Of a stretch of 37,715 nucleotides of DNA, positions 16,868 to 29,675 are shown one piece after another. Numbering within the stretch: position 1 is the stretch's first letter; each line of letters opens with the position of its first letter. The position numbers and the translations under genes are program-made. This DNA comes from Nemertoderma westbladi (Eukaryota > Animalia > Xenacoelomorpha). The stretch spans positions 1 through 37,715 of the forward strand of contig JAUCBJ010001010.1 of NCBI GenBank assembly GCA_032718475.1, read 5' to 3'. A model generated the notes under the pieces. The model saw nothing but the letters and a program-made list of their open reading frames with translations. It made no database searches and was not told the origin of the DNA.

Positions 16868-19800
16868 CGTAGGTTCATTAGGTTCTGGTGGGTTGTGGCA
16901 ACCCGTAGGTTCATTAGGTTCTGGTGGGTTGTGGCAACCCGTAGGTTCATTAGGTTCTGGTGGGTTGTGGCAACCCGTAGGTTCATTAGGTTCTGGTGGG
17001 TTGTGGCAACCCGTAGGTTCATTAGGTTCTGGTGGGTTGTGGCAACCCGTAGGTTCATTAGGTTCTGGTGGGTTGTGACAACCCGTAGGTTCATTAGGTT
17101 CTGGTGGGTTGTGGCAACCCGTAGGTTCATTAGGTTCTGGTGGGTTGTGGCAACCCGTAGGTTCATTAGGTTCTGGTGGGTTGTGGCAACCCGTAGGTTC
17201 ATTAGGTTCTGGTGGGTTGTGGCAACCCGTAGGTTCATTAGGTTCTGGTGGGTTGTGGCAACCCGTAGGTTCATTAGGTTCTGGTGGGTTGTGACAACCC
17301 GTAGGTTCATTAGGTTCTGGTGGGTTGTGGCAACCCGTAGGTTCATTAGGTTCTGGTGGGTTGTGACAACCCGTAGGTTCATTAGGTTCTGGTGGGTTGT
17401 GACAACCCGTAGGTTCATTAGGTTCTGGTGGGTTGTGACAACCCGTAGGTTCATTAGGTTCTGGTGGGTTGTGGCAACCCGTAGGTTCATTAGGTTCTGG
17501 TGGGTTGTGACAACCCGTAGGTTCATTAGGTTCTGGTGGGTTGTGACAACCCGTAGGTTCATTAGGTTCTGGTGGGTTGTGGCAACCCGTAGGTTCATTA
17601 GGTTCTGGTGGGTTGTGGCAACCCGTAGGTTCATTAGGTTCTGGTGGGTTGTGGCAACCCGTAGGTTCATTAGGTTCTGGTGGGTTGTGGCAACCCGTAG
17701 GTTCATTAGGTTCTGGTGGGTTGTGACAACCCGTAGGTTCATTAGGTTCTGGTGGGTTGTGGCAACCCGTAGGTTCATTAGGTTCTGGTGGGTTGTGACA
17801 ACCCGTAGGTTCATTAGGTTCTGGTGGGTTGTGGCAACCCGTAGGTTCATTAGGTTCTGGTGGGTTGTGGCAACCCGTAGGTTCATTAGGTTCTGGTGGG
17901 TTGTGACAACCCGTAGGTTCATTAGGTTCTGGTGGGTTGTGGCAACCCGTAGGTTCATTAGGTTCTGGTGGGTTGTGGCAACCCGTAGGTTCATTAGGTT
18001 CTGGTGGGTTGTGGCAACCCGTAGGTTCATTAGGTTCTGGTGGGTTGTGGCAACCCGTAGGTTCATTAGGTTCTGGTGGGTTGTGGCAACCCGTAGGTTC
18101 ATTAGGTTCTGGTGGGTTGTGGCAACCCGTAGGTTCATTAGGTTCTGGTGGGTTGTGACAACCCGTAGGTTCATTAGGTTCTGGTGGGTTGTGGCAACCC
18201 GTAGGTTCATTAGGTTCTGGTGGGTTGTGGCAACCCGTAGGTTCATTAGGTTCTGGTGGGTTGTGGCAACCCGTAGGTTCATTAGGTTCTGGTGGGTTGT
18301 GGCAACCCGTAGGTTCATTAGGTTCTGGTGGGTTGTGGCAACCCGTAGGTTCATTAGGTTCTGGTGGGTTGTGACAACCCGTAGGTTCATTAGGTTCTGG
18401 TGGGTTGTGGCAACCCGTAGGTTCATTAGGTTCTGGTGGGTTGTGACAACCCGTAGGTTCATTAGGTTCTGGTGGGTTGTGGCAACCCGTAGGTTCATTA
18501 GGTTCTGGTGGGTTGTGACAACCCGTAGGTTCATTAGGTTCTGGTGGGTTGTGGCAACCCGTAGGTTCATTAGGTTCTGGTGGGTTGTGGCAACCCGTAG
18601 GTTCATTAGGTTCTGGTGGGTTGTGGCAACCCGTAGGTTCATTAGGTTCTGGTGGGTTGTGACAACCCGTAGGTTCATTAGGTTCTGGTGGGTTGTGGCA
18701 ACCCGTAGGTTCATTAGGTTCTGGTGGGTTGTGACAACCCGTAGGTTCATTAGGTTCTGGTGGGTTGTGGCAACCCGTAGGTTCATTAGGTTCTGGTGGG
18801 TTGTGACAACCCGTAGGTTCATTAGGTTCTGGTGGGTTGTGACAACCCGTAGGTTCATTAGGTTCTGGTGGGTTGTGGCAACCCGTAGGTTCATTAGGTT
18901 CTGGTGGGTTGTGGCAACCCGTAGGTTCATTAGGTTCTGGTGGGTTGTGGCAACCCGTAGGTTCATTAGGTTCTGGTGGGTTGTGGCAACCCGTAGGTTC
19001 ATTAGGTTCTGGTGGGTTGTGACAACCCGTAGGTTCATTAGGTTCTGGTGGGTTGTGGCAACCCGTAGGTTCATTAGGTTCTGGTGGGTTGTGGCAACCC
19101 GTAGGTTCATTAGGTTCTGGTGGGTTGTGGCAACCCGTAGGTTCATTAGGTTCTGGTGGGTTGTGACAACCCGTAGGTTCATTAGGTTCTGGTGGGTTGT
19201 GGCAACCCGTAGGTTCATTAGGTTCTGGTGGGTTGTGACAACCCGTAGGTTCATTAGGTTCTGGTGGGTTGTGGCAACCCGTAGGTTCATTAGGTTCTGG
19301 TGGGTTGTGACAACCCGTAGGTTCATTAGGTTCTGGTGGGTTGTGACAACCCGTAGGTTCATTAGGTTCTGGTGGGTTGTGACAACCCGTAGGTTCATTA
19401 GGTTCTGGTGGGTTGTGGCAACCCGTAGGTTCATTAGGTTCTGGTGGGTTGTGGCAACCCGTAGGTTCATTAGGTTCTGGTGGGTTGTGACAACCCGTAG
19501 GTTCATTAGGTTCTGGTGGGTTGTGACAACCCGTAGGTTCATTAGGTTCTGGTGGGTTGTGGCAACCCGTAGGTTCATTAGGTTCTGGTGGGTTGTGACA
19601 ACCCGTAGGTTCATTAGGTTCTGGTGGGTTGTGACAACCCGTAGGTTCATTAGGTTCTGGTGGGTTGTGGCAACCCGTAGGTTCATTAGGTTCTGGTGGG
19701 TTGTGGCAACCCGTAGGTTCATTAGGTTCTGGTGGGTTGTGGCAACCCGTAGGTTCATTAGGTTCTGGTGGGTTGTGACAACCCGTAGGTTCATTAGGTT

Positions 19801-21476
19801 CTGGTGGGTTGTGACAACCCGTAGGTTCATTAGGTTCTGGTGGGTTGTGACAACCCGTAGGTTCATTAGGTTCTGGTGGGTTGTGGCAACCCGTAGGTTC
19901 ATTAGGTTCTGGTGGGTTGTGGCAACCCGTAGGTTCATTAGGTTCTGGTGGGTTGTGGCAACCCGTAGGTTCATTAGGTTCTGGTGGGTTGTGGCAACCC
20001 GTAGGTTCATTAGGTTCTGGTGGGTTGTGGCAACCCGTAGGTTCATTAGGTTCTGGTGGGTTGTGGCAACCCGTAGGTTCATTAGGTTCTGGTGGGTTGT
20101 GGCAACCCGTAGGTTCATTAGGTTCTGGTGGGTTGTGGCAACCCGTAGGTTCATTAGGTTCTGGTGGGTTGTGGCAACCCGTAGGTTCATTAGGTTCTGG
20201 TGGGTTGTGGCAACCCGTAGGTTCATTAGGTTCTGGTGGGTTGTGGCAACCCGTAGGTTCATTAGGTTCTGGTGGGTTGTGGCAACCCGTAGGTTCATTA
20301 GGTTCTGGTGGGTTGTGGCAACCCGTAGGTTCATTAGGTTCTGGTGGGTTGTGGCAACCCGTAGGTTCATTAGGTTCTGGTGGGTTGTGGCAACCCGTAG
20401 GTTCATTAGGTTCTGGTGGGTTGTGGCAACCCGTAGGTTCATTAGGTTCTGGTGGGTTGTGGCAACCCGTAGGTTCATTAGGTTCTGGTGGGTTGTGGCA
20501 ACCCGTAGGTTCATTAGGTTCTGGTGGGTTGTGGCAACCCGTAGGTTCATTAGGTTCTGGTGGGTTGTGGCAACCCGTAGGTTCATTAGGTTCTGGTGGG
20601 TTGTGGCAACCCGTAGGTTCATTAGGTTCTGGTGGGTTGTGGCAACCCGTAGGTTCATTAGGTTCTGGTGGGTTGTGGCAACCCGTAGGTTCATTAGGTT
20701 CTGGTGGGTTGTGGCAACCCGTAGGTTCATTAGGTTCTGGTGGGTTGTGGCAACCCGTAGGTTCATTAGGTTCTGGTGGGTTGTGGCAACCCGTAGGTTC
20801 ATTAGGTTCTGGTGGGTTGTGGCAACCCGTAGGTTCATTAGGTTCTGGTGGGTTGTGGCAACCCGTAGGTTCATTAGGTTCTGGTGGGTTGTGGCAACCC
20901 GTAGGTTCATTAGGTTCTGGTGGGTTGTGGCAACCCGTAGGTTCATTAGGTTCTGGTGGGTTGTGGCAACCCGTAGGTTCATTAGGTTCTGGTGGGTTGT
21001 GGCAACCCGTAGGTTCATTAGGTTCTGGTGGGTTGTGGCAACCCGTAGGTTCATTAGGTTCTGGTGGGTTGTGGCAACCCGTAGGTTCATTAGGTTCTGG
21101 TGGGTTGTGGCAACCCGTAGGTTCATTAGGTTCTGGTGGGTTGTGGCAACCCGTAGGTTCATTAGGTTCTGGTGGGTTGTGGCAACCCGTAGGTTCATTA
21201 GGTTCTGGTGGGTTGTGGCAACCCGTAGGTTCATTAGGTTCTGGTGGGTTGTGGCAACCCGTAGGTTCATTAGGTTCTGGTGGGTTGTGGCAACCCGTAG
21301 GTTCATTAGGTTCTGGTGGGTTGTGGCAACCCGTAGGTTCATTAGGTTCTGGTGGGTTGTGGCAACCCGTAGGTTCATTAGGTTCTGGTGGGTTGTGGCA
21401 ACCCGTAGGTTCATTAGGTTCTGGTGGGTTGTGGCAACCCGTAGGTTCATTAGGTTCTGGTGGGTTGTGGCAACCC
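16868..21476. repeat. 36-bp tandem array, ~128 units, consensus CGTAGGTTCATTAGGTTCTGGTGGGTTGTG[G/A]CAACC
   Basis: Direct reading. No spacers or indels were seen, and only one site varies. Confidence 0.99.
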
Positions 21477-22338
21477 CAGAAAATGTTTCTCCAACTCCAC
21501 ACAATAATTATGACCCTGAATCCGCAACTGACAGCTGCGGACTCATGCATGTCACGAAGTACGTCCATCTCAAAGATATGCGGGATAAAATGGTGGAATG
21601 ATAGCGTTGATGGGGGAGGGGGATGGGGGGGGGGGGGGGGGGGGGGGGGTCCCACAACCACACAATTAATAAATTAGCCCACATTGACTTCTAGAATATT
21701 ATTTAATAATTATAACATTTAATTAATATCCATATCCAAAATAATCAGATCATATTACTAATATTTGCCCTAAATAATATTTAGAAGTCGTTGTTTATTA
21801 TCCAACACCAAGGAATATCTAAAGCTAATAATAACAAAATGTATTACACAATATCAATCGATGCGAACATGCAGTATTATTGTACAGCAGCTGAAACCAA
21901 GGAGCGCTAATGATAAGTTTATTTAACTACACCCAAAACCAAGCTGTAAGTGTGTTAATTAATAAATTAATACAGAAATAAATAATGGAATGTTACAACG
22001 TATTGTATATAAATTATTTGAAGCACAATAGGGTTGTTAGCGTTAGTATGGTCGATTCTAAATAAGTAGGTAATTATAGCAATACTTTTAACAAGAACAG
22101 GACAAACACGCAATAATTAATAAAAATACCATATCATATCGTACAATATCAACGTGTATGCATACCATCTTTAGTAATAGTGAACGGTTTACAAAATTCT
22201 ATTATCATTGATATTATTTTATTATAATTGTTTAAAGTTAAAAAAATACAAATTCTGTGAAGAAAATCTTTTAAAATGTAATTCGTAAGCAAAGTGGTTC
22301 CGATGGGTTTTAGTGAAAGAAAAAAGACGATAAGACAG

Positions 22339-25300
22339 GCATCTCGTTCGGGGACAGGAGGATGCATCTCGTTCGGGGACAGGAGGATGCATCTCGTTCG
22401 GGGACAGGAGGATGAATCTCGTTCGGGGACAGGAGGATGCATCTCGTTCGGGGACAGGAGGATGAATCTCGTTCGGGGACAGGAGGATGCATCTCGTTCG
22501 GGGACAGGAGGACGAATCTCGTTCGGGGACAGGAGGATGCATCTCGTTCGGGGACAGGAGGATGCATCTCGTTCGGGGACAGGAGGATGAATCTCGTTCG
22601 GGGATAGGAAGATGCATCGCGTTCGGGGACAGGAGGATGCATCTCGTTCGGGGACAGGAGGATGCATCTCATTCTGGGACAGGAGGATGCATCTCGTTCG
22701 GGGATAGGAGGATGCATCTCGTTCGGGGATAGGAGGATGCATCTCGTTCGGGGACAGGAGGATGCATCTCGTTCGGGGACAGGAGGATGCATCTCGTTCG
22801 GGGACAGGAGGATGCATCTCGTTCGGGGACAGGAGGATGAATCTCGTTCGGGGACAGGAGGATGCATCTCGTTCGGGGACAGGAGGATGCATCTCGTTCG
22901 GGGACAGGAGGATGCATCTCGTTCGGGGACAGGAGGATGCATCTCGTTCGGGGACAGGAGGATGAATCTCGTTCGGGGACAGGAGGATGCATCTCGTTCG
23001 GGGACAGGAGGATGCATCTCGTTCGGGGACAGGAGGATGCATCTCGTTCGGGGACAGGAGGATGCATCTCGTTCGGGGACAGGAGGATGAATCTCGTTCG
23101 GGGACAGGAGGATGCATCTCGTTCGGGGACAGGAGGATGCATCTCGTTCGGGGACAGGAGGATGCATCTCGTTCGGGGACAGGAGGATGCATCTCGTTCG
23201 GGGACAGGAGGATGCATCTCGTTCGGGGACAGGAGGATGCATCTCGTTCGGGGACAGGAGGATGCATCTCGTTCGGGGACAGGAGGATGCATCTCGTTCG
23301 GGGACAGGAGGATGCATCTCGTTCGGGGACAGGAGGATGCATCTCGTTCGGGGACAGGAGGATGCATCTCGTTCGGGGACAGGAGGATGCATCTCGTTCG
23401 GGGACAGGAGGATGCATCTCGTTCGGGGACAGGAGGATGAATCTCGTTCGGGGACAGGAGGATGCATCTCGTTCGGGGACAGGAGGATGCATCTCGTTCG
23501 GGGACAGGAGGATGCATCTCGTTCGGGGACAGGAGGATGCATCTCGTTCGGGGACAGGAGGATGCATCTCGTTCGGGGACAGGAGGATGCATCTCGTTCG
23601 GGGACAGGAGGATGCATCTCGTTCGGGGACAGGAGGATGCATCTCGTTCGGGGACAGGAGGATGCATCTCGTTCGGGGACAGGAGGATGCATCTCGTTCG
23701 GGGACAGGAGGATGCATCTCGTTCGGGGACAGGAGGATGAATCTCGTTCGGGGACAGGAGGATGCATCTCGTTCGGGGACAGGAGGATGCATCTCGTTCG
23801 GGGACAGGAGGATGCATCTCGTTCGGGGACAGGAGGATGCATCTCGTTCGGGGACAGGAGGATGCATCTCGTTCGGGGACAGGAGGATGAATCTCGTTCG
23901 GGGACAGGAGGATGCATCTCGTTCGGGGACAGGAGGATGCATCTCGTTCGGGGACAGGAGGATGCATCTCGTTCGGGGACAGGAGGATGCATCTCGTTCG
24001 GGGACAGGAGGATGCATCTCGTTCGGGGACAGGAGGATGCATCTCGTTCGGGGACAGGAGGATGCATCTCGTTCGGGGACAGGAGGATGCATCTCGTTCG
24101 GGGATAGGAGGATGCATCTCGTTCGGGGACAGGAGGATGCATCTCGTTCGGGGACAGGAGGATGCATCTCGTTCGGGGACAGGAGGATGCATCTCGTTCG
24201 GGGACAGGAGGATGCATCTCGTTCGGGGACAGGAGGATGCATCTCGTTCGGGGACAGGAGGATGAATCTCGTTCGGGGACAGGAGGATGCATCTCGTTCG
24301 GGGACAGGAGGATGCATCTCGTTCGGGGACAGGAGGATGCATCTCGTTCGGGGACAGGAGGATGCATCTCGTTCGGGGACAGGAGGATGAATCTCGTTCG
24401 GGGACAGGAGGATGAATCTCGTTCGGGGACAGGAGGATGCATCTCGTTCGGGGACAGGAGGATGCATCTCGTTCGGGGACAGGAGGATGCATCTCGTTCG
24501 GGGACAGGAGGATGCATCTCGTTCGGGGACAGGAGGATGCATCTCGTTCGGGGACAGGAGGATGCATCTCGTTCGGGGACAGGAGGATGCATCTCGTTCG
24601 GGGACAGGAGGATGCATCTCGTTCGGGGATAGGAGGATGCATCTCGTTCGGGGACAGGAGGATGCATCTCGTTCGGGGACAGGAGGATGCATCTCGTTCG
24701 GGGACAGGAGGATGCATCTCGTTCGGGGACAGGAGGATGAATCTCGTTCGGGGACAGGAGGATGCATCTCGTTCGGGGACAGGAGGATGCATCTCGTTCG
24801 GGGACAGGAGGATGCATCTCGTTCGGGGACAGGAGGATGCATCTCGTTCGGGGACAGGAGGATGCATCTCGTTCGGGGACAGGAGGATGCATCTCGTTCG
24901 GGGACAGGAGGATGCATCTCGTTCGGGGACAGGAGGATGCATCTCGTTCGGGGACAGGAGGATGCATCTCGTTCGGGGACAGGAGGATGCATCTCGTTCG
25001 GGGACAGGAGGATGCATCTCGTTCGGGGACAGGAGGATGCATCTCGTTCGGGGACAGGAGGATGCATCTCGTTCGGGGACAGGAGGATGCATCTCGTTCG
25101 GGGACAGGAGGATGCATCTCGTTCGGGGACAGGAGGATGCATCTCGTTCGGGGATAGGAGGATGCATCTCGTTCGGGGACAGGAGGATGCATCTCGTTCG
25201 GGGACAGGAGGATGAATCTCGTTCGGGGACAGGAGGATGCATCTCGTTCGGGGACAGGAGGATGCATCTCGTTCGGGGACAGGGTGATCTCGTTCGGGGA

Positions 25301-27123
25301 TAGGAGGATGCATCTCGTTCGGGGACAGGAGGAGATCTCGTTCGGGGAAGGAGGATGCATCTCGTTCGGGGACAGGAGGATGCATCTCGTTCGGGGACAG
25401 GAGGATGCATCTCGTTCGGGGACAGGAGGATGAATCTCGTTCGGGGACAGGAGGATGAATCTCGTTCGGGGACAGGAGGATGCATCTCGTTCGGGGACAG
25501 GAGGATGCATCTCGTTCGGGGACAGGAGGATGAATCTCGTTCGGGGATAGGAGGATGCATCTCGTTCGGGGACAGGAGGATGCATCTCGTTCGGGGACAG
25601 GAGGATGCATCTCGTTCGGGGACAGGAGGATGCATCTCGTTCGGGGACAGGAGGATGCATCTCGTTCGGGGACAGGAGGATGCATCTCGTTCGGGGACAG
25701 GAGGATGCATCTCGTTCGGGGACAGGAGGATGAATCTCGTTCGGGGATAGGAGGATGAATCTCGTTCGGGGATAGGAGGATGAATCTCATTCGGTGATAG
25801 GAGGATGCATCTCGTTCGGGGACAGGAGGATGCATCTCGTTCGGGGACAGGAGGATGCATCTCGTTCGGGGACAGGAGGATGCATCTCGTTCGGGGACAG
25901 GAGGATGCATCTCGTTCGGGGACAGGAGGATGAATCTCGTTCGGGGACAGGAGGATGCATCTCGTTCGGGGACAGGAGGATGCATCTCGTTCGGGGACAG
26001 GAGGATGAATCTCGTTCGGGGACAGGAGGATGCATCTCGTTCGGGGACAGGAGGATGCATCTCGTTCGGGGACAGGAGGAAGCATCTCGTTCGGGGACAG
26101 GAGGATGAATCTCGTTCGGGGATAGGAGGATGAATCTCGTTCGGGGATAGGAGGATGAATCTCGTTCGGTGATAGTAGGATGCATCTCGTTCAGGGACGG
26201 GAGGATGCATCTCGTTCGGGGACAGGAGGATGAATCTCGTTCGGGGACAGGAGGATGCATCTCGTTCGGGGACAGGAGGATGCATCTCGTTCGGGGACAG
26301 GAGGAAGCATCTCGTTCGGGGACAGGAGGATGAATCTCGTTCGGGGATAGGAGGATGAATCTCGTTCGGGGACAGGAGGATGAATCTCGTTCGGTGATAG
26401 GAGGATGCATCTCGTTCGGGGACGGGAGGATGAATCTCGTTCGGGGACAGGAGGATGCATCTCGTTCGGGGACAGGAGGATGCATCTCGTTCGGGGACAG
26501 GAGGATGAATCTCGTTCGGGGACAGGAGGATGCATCTCGTTCGGGGACAGGAGGATGAATCTCGTTCGGTGATAGGAGGATGCATCTCGTTCGGGGACGG
26601 GAGGATGCATCTCGTTCGGGGACATGAGGCTGCATCTCGTTCGGGGACAGGAGGATGAATCTCGTTCGGGGACAGGAGGATGCATCTCGTTCGGGGACAG
26701 GAGGATGAATCTCGTTCGGTGATAGGAGGATGCATCTCGTTCGGGGACAGGAGGATGAATCTCGTTCGGGGACAGGAGGATGCATCTCGTTCGGGGACAG
26801 GAGGATGAATCTCGTTCGGGGATAGGAGGATGCATCTCGTTCGGGGACAGGAGGATGAATCTCGTTCGGGGACAGGAGGATGCATCTCGTTCGGGGACAG
26901 GAGGATGCATCTCGTTCGGGGATAGGAGGATGCATCTCGTTCGGGGACAGGAGGATGCATCTCGTTCGGGGACGGGAGGATGAATCTCGTTCGGGGACAG
27001 GAGGATGCATCTCGTTCGGGGACAGGAGGATGCATCTCGTTCGGGGACAGGAGGATGAATCTCGTTCGGGGACAGGAGGATGCATCTCGTTCGGGGACAG
27101 GAGGATGCATCTCGTTCGGGGAC
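22339..27123. repeat. 25-bp tandem array, ~190 units, consensus GCATCTCGTTCGGGGACAGGAGGAT
   Basis: Direct reading. Variants are GATGAATC, GGGATAGG, GGTGATAG and GACGGGAG; a few deleted units occur at ~25280-25350. Confidence 0.99.
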
Positions 27124-27441
27124 GATTTAAACCATAAAAATATATTTGTTTAAACTAGAAAATTTAGGAAACCCTCTGAATTTCAACCGCGTAGAAATGA
27201 ACATAAACTACAACACCAAAATGAATTGTACATTCGAAATAATATCATTATCAAAATTTAAACTAACATTACTCTCATGCTGATTACTACGTAAAATTAA
27301 TAATTAATATTTTATCTAAATGACGTGATACTTTCGTGTAAAGTTTTTAATAAAAAAAAAGCGAAATTTACATAAAACTACAAAAACGGCGGATCAAGGA
27401 CGTAAAATTACTTACGCCAAACCATTCGTTAAGTACAAAAA

Positions 27442-27508
27442 GTGGTGGAAATATTAACTCAAAAGTCAAGTTCCCAAAGGTGGTGGAAATATTAGCTCGA
27501 AAGTCAAA
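27442..27508. repeat. Short direct duplication (period 38 bp)
   Basis: GTGGTGGAAATATTAACTCAAAAGTCAA / GTGGTGGAAATATTAGCTCGAAAGTCAA. Confidence 0.7.
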
Positions 27509-28038
27509 CTTTTAAGGAAAAATGTTAAAACTATTGCAGTATTTACTGACCAGTATACAATGTTTAAAATAGTTAAGAGTGAGCATTTTTCTCTTCTTCA
27601 AGTATTATTCTAATTATTTTTAAACATATTATAGTCTGTTACGTAATTTTATACCAAATCTCTTTTAGGATATCATATTAAATATTTGTGATACAACGTG
27701 GGAGTACTAACGTTAAAAAAAACGTACGACTAATAAATTCAAACACGTACAGGTAAACGCGGTGTTCATAAAGTATGTTGGAATATTTCCCTCGATTTAC
27801 GACACCCACTTGCTCAAGTGCCTGCCATAGAGTTCGCCATAACATTGGAAACCAATACAGACAGACACCCGGGCAAATTTTAGTACTACGCATAATGTAC
27901 TATTTTAAATAAATATATTGTATCTTTCTACAGGAAAAACTTTCAACAAACCGCGTAAGTTTTATCACTAGGTTGTGTTAGAATAAAGTAAGACTATCGA
28001 TGAAAGTGACACACCGCAACACAAACAACACGTCACGT

Positions 28039-28886
28039 GCAAGTAAAGGCTACGTAACCCTGAATCAAAACCGGGATCTCTCGGCAAGTAAAGGCTACGT
28101 AACCGTGAATCAAAACCGGGATCTCCCGGCAAGTAAAGGCTACGTAACCCTGAATCAAAACCGGGATCTCCCGGCAAGTAAAGGCTACGTAACCCTGAAT
28201 CAAAACCGGGAACTCCCGGCAAGTAAAGGCTACGTAACCCTGAATCAAAACCGGGATCTCCCCAAGTAAAGGCTAGGTAACCCTGAATCAAAACCGGGAT
28301 CTCTCGGCAAGTAAAGGCTACGTAACCGTGAATCAAAACCGGGATCTCCCGGCAAGTAAAGGCTACGTAACCCTGAATCAAAACCGGGATCTCTCGACAA
28401 GTAAAGGCTACGTAACCCTGAATCAAAACCGGGATCTCCCCAAGTAAAGGCTACGTAACCCTGAATCAAAACCGGGATCTCTCGGCAAGTAAAGGCTACG
28501 TAACCGTGAATCAAAACCGGGATCTCCCGGCAAGTAAAGGCTACGTAACCCTGAATCAAAACCGGGATCTCTCGGCAAGTAAAGGCTACGTAACCCTGAA
28601 TCAAAACCGGGATCTCTCGGCAAGTAAAGGCTACGTAACCCTGAATCAAAACCGGGATCTCCCGGCAAGTAAAGGCTACGTAACCCTGAATCAAAACCGG
28701 GATCTCTCGGCAAGTAAAGGCTACGTAACCCTGAATCAAAACCGGGATCTCCCGGCAAGTAAAGGCTACGTAACAGTGAATCAAAACCGGGATCTCTCGG
28801 CAAGTAAAGGCTACGTAACCCTGAATCAAAACCGGGATCTCCCGGCAAGTAAAGGCTACGTAACCCTGAATCAAAACCGGGATCTC
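28039..28886. repeat. 45-bp tandem array, ~19 units, consensus GCAAGTAAAGGCTACGTAACCCTGAATCAAAACCGGGATCTC[C/T]CG
   Basis: Direct reading. Two units carry the same 2-bp deletion, 178 bp apart. Confidence 0.98.
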
Positions 28887-29298
28887 ACAGCAGGAAGCGA
28901 AATGAGTAACCTAACCACTTCAATAGCAGGGCTGCTGTGTGTAATGGAAAAAACGGGTTTACTGAGTAAATTCAAGTTAATTCTCCAACTGAGATTAAAA
29001 TTCCGTGGTATTGCAAACGTCCGTCTACAAAACGAATCAAATAAACGCGGCATACTTTATGAACACAACCGAAAGTGCAAAAAACAACTATTTATCTGGT
29101 TAAAATACAAAAATTAAAGAAACACGAGGGTGATAACTATGTTTGGTTTGTCCAAAAAATTACAAAAAAAATAACTATAAAGAAACATTTAGCCTAATTG
29201 GACGAGATAATATTAATAGTCCATATAATTCTAATTAAATGAACACCGCCAATGTACTCGGTGCTAGCAACTCATAGAAGAGATATGATTGGTTGTAA

Positions 29299-29463
29299 CT
29301 AAGGGATGGGTGCGTCGGATGTAGGTGTAGTGGCCTGGGCCGGTGGCACCTGTTGGGACGTGTCGTACAGGGCGGCTTTCTGACGTACCTTAAACCACGG
29401 AGTCTCCTTGTAACAGAACCAAAGGTTACCCGCCCACACGAATAAGCTAAGGAAACCGAATAC
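29299..29463 (-). CDS. Synaptophysin/synaptoporin-family (MARVEL) gene, last coding exon
   Basis: Acceptor TTTTATCCCTACAG| then VFGFLSLFVWAGNLWFCYKETPW...DAPIP*. This matches physin TM4 VFGFLN..LW.GNLWFVFKETGW. Confidence 0.92.
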   Translation of the reverse strand, partial: VFGFLSLFVWAGNLWFCYKETPWFKVRQKAALYDTSQQVPPAQATTPTSDAPIP

Positions 29464-29675
29464 CTGTAGGGATAAAATAGAGTTGTAATCATTGTTATCG
29501 CGATTCAACAGTCTCGACAAAAGATGATTATACTTTAATTTTTCTACAAGTTTGACCTCTAATAGAAAATAGTGTACATTTGTGAAAATACCATACATAT
29601 CCAATTATTACGCTGAAGTGTTCAGGCATTAAATAATAGTTCCTTGGTTTGGATAGTGACAGAATTAGTACTTAC

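Noticed and set aside
16868-21476. 36-bp partly palindromic repeats as a CRISPR array
   Set aside because: The units are head-to-tail with no spacers, there are no cas genes, and the context is eukaryotic.
16868-21476. TTAGG in the 36-mer as interstitial telomere sequence
   Set aside because: There is only one TTAGG per unit and it is not tandem.
22149-27137. Long ORFs across the 25-bp array
   Set aside because: The unit is not a multiple of 3, so the same peptide appears in all frames of a strand; these are repeat artefacts. AGGAGG is not a ribosome-binding site here.
27968-29117. ORFs over the 45-bp array
   Set aside because: They are broken by 2-bp deletions and contain no recognisable domain.
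29464-29675. ORF-track extensions of the synaptophysin exons (MDMYGIF..., ...STNSVTIQTK)
   Set aside because: They are intronic read-through; canonical GT-AG sites join the two exons in frame.
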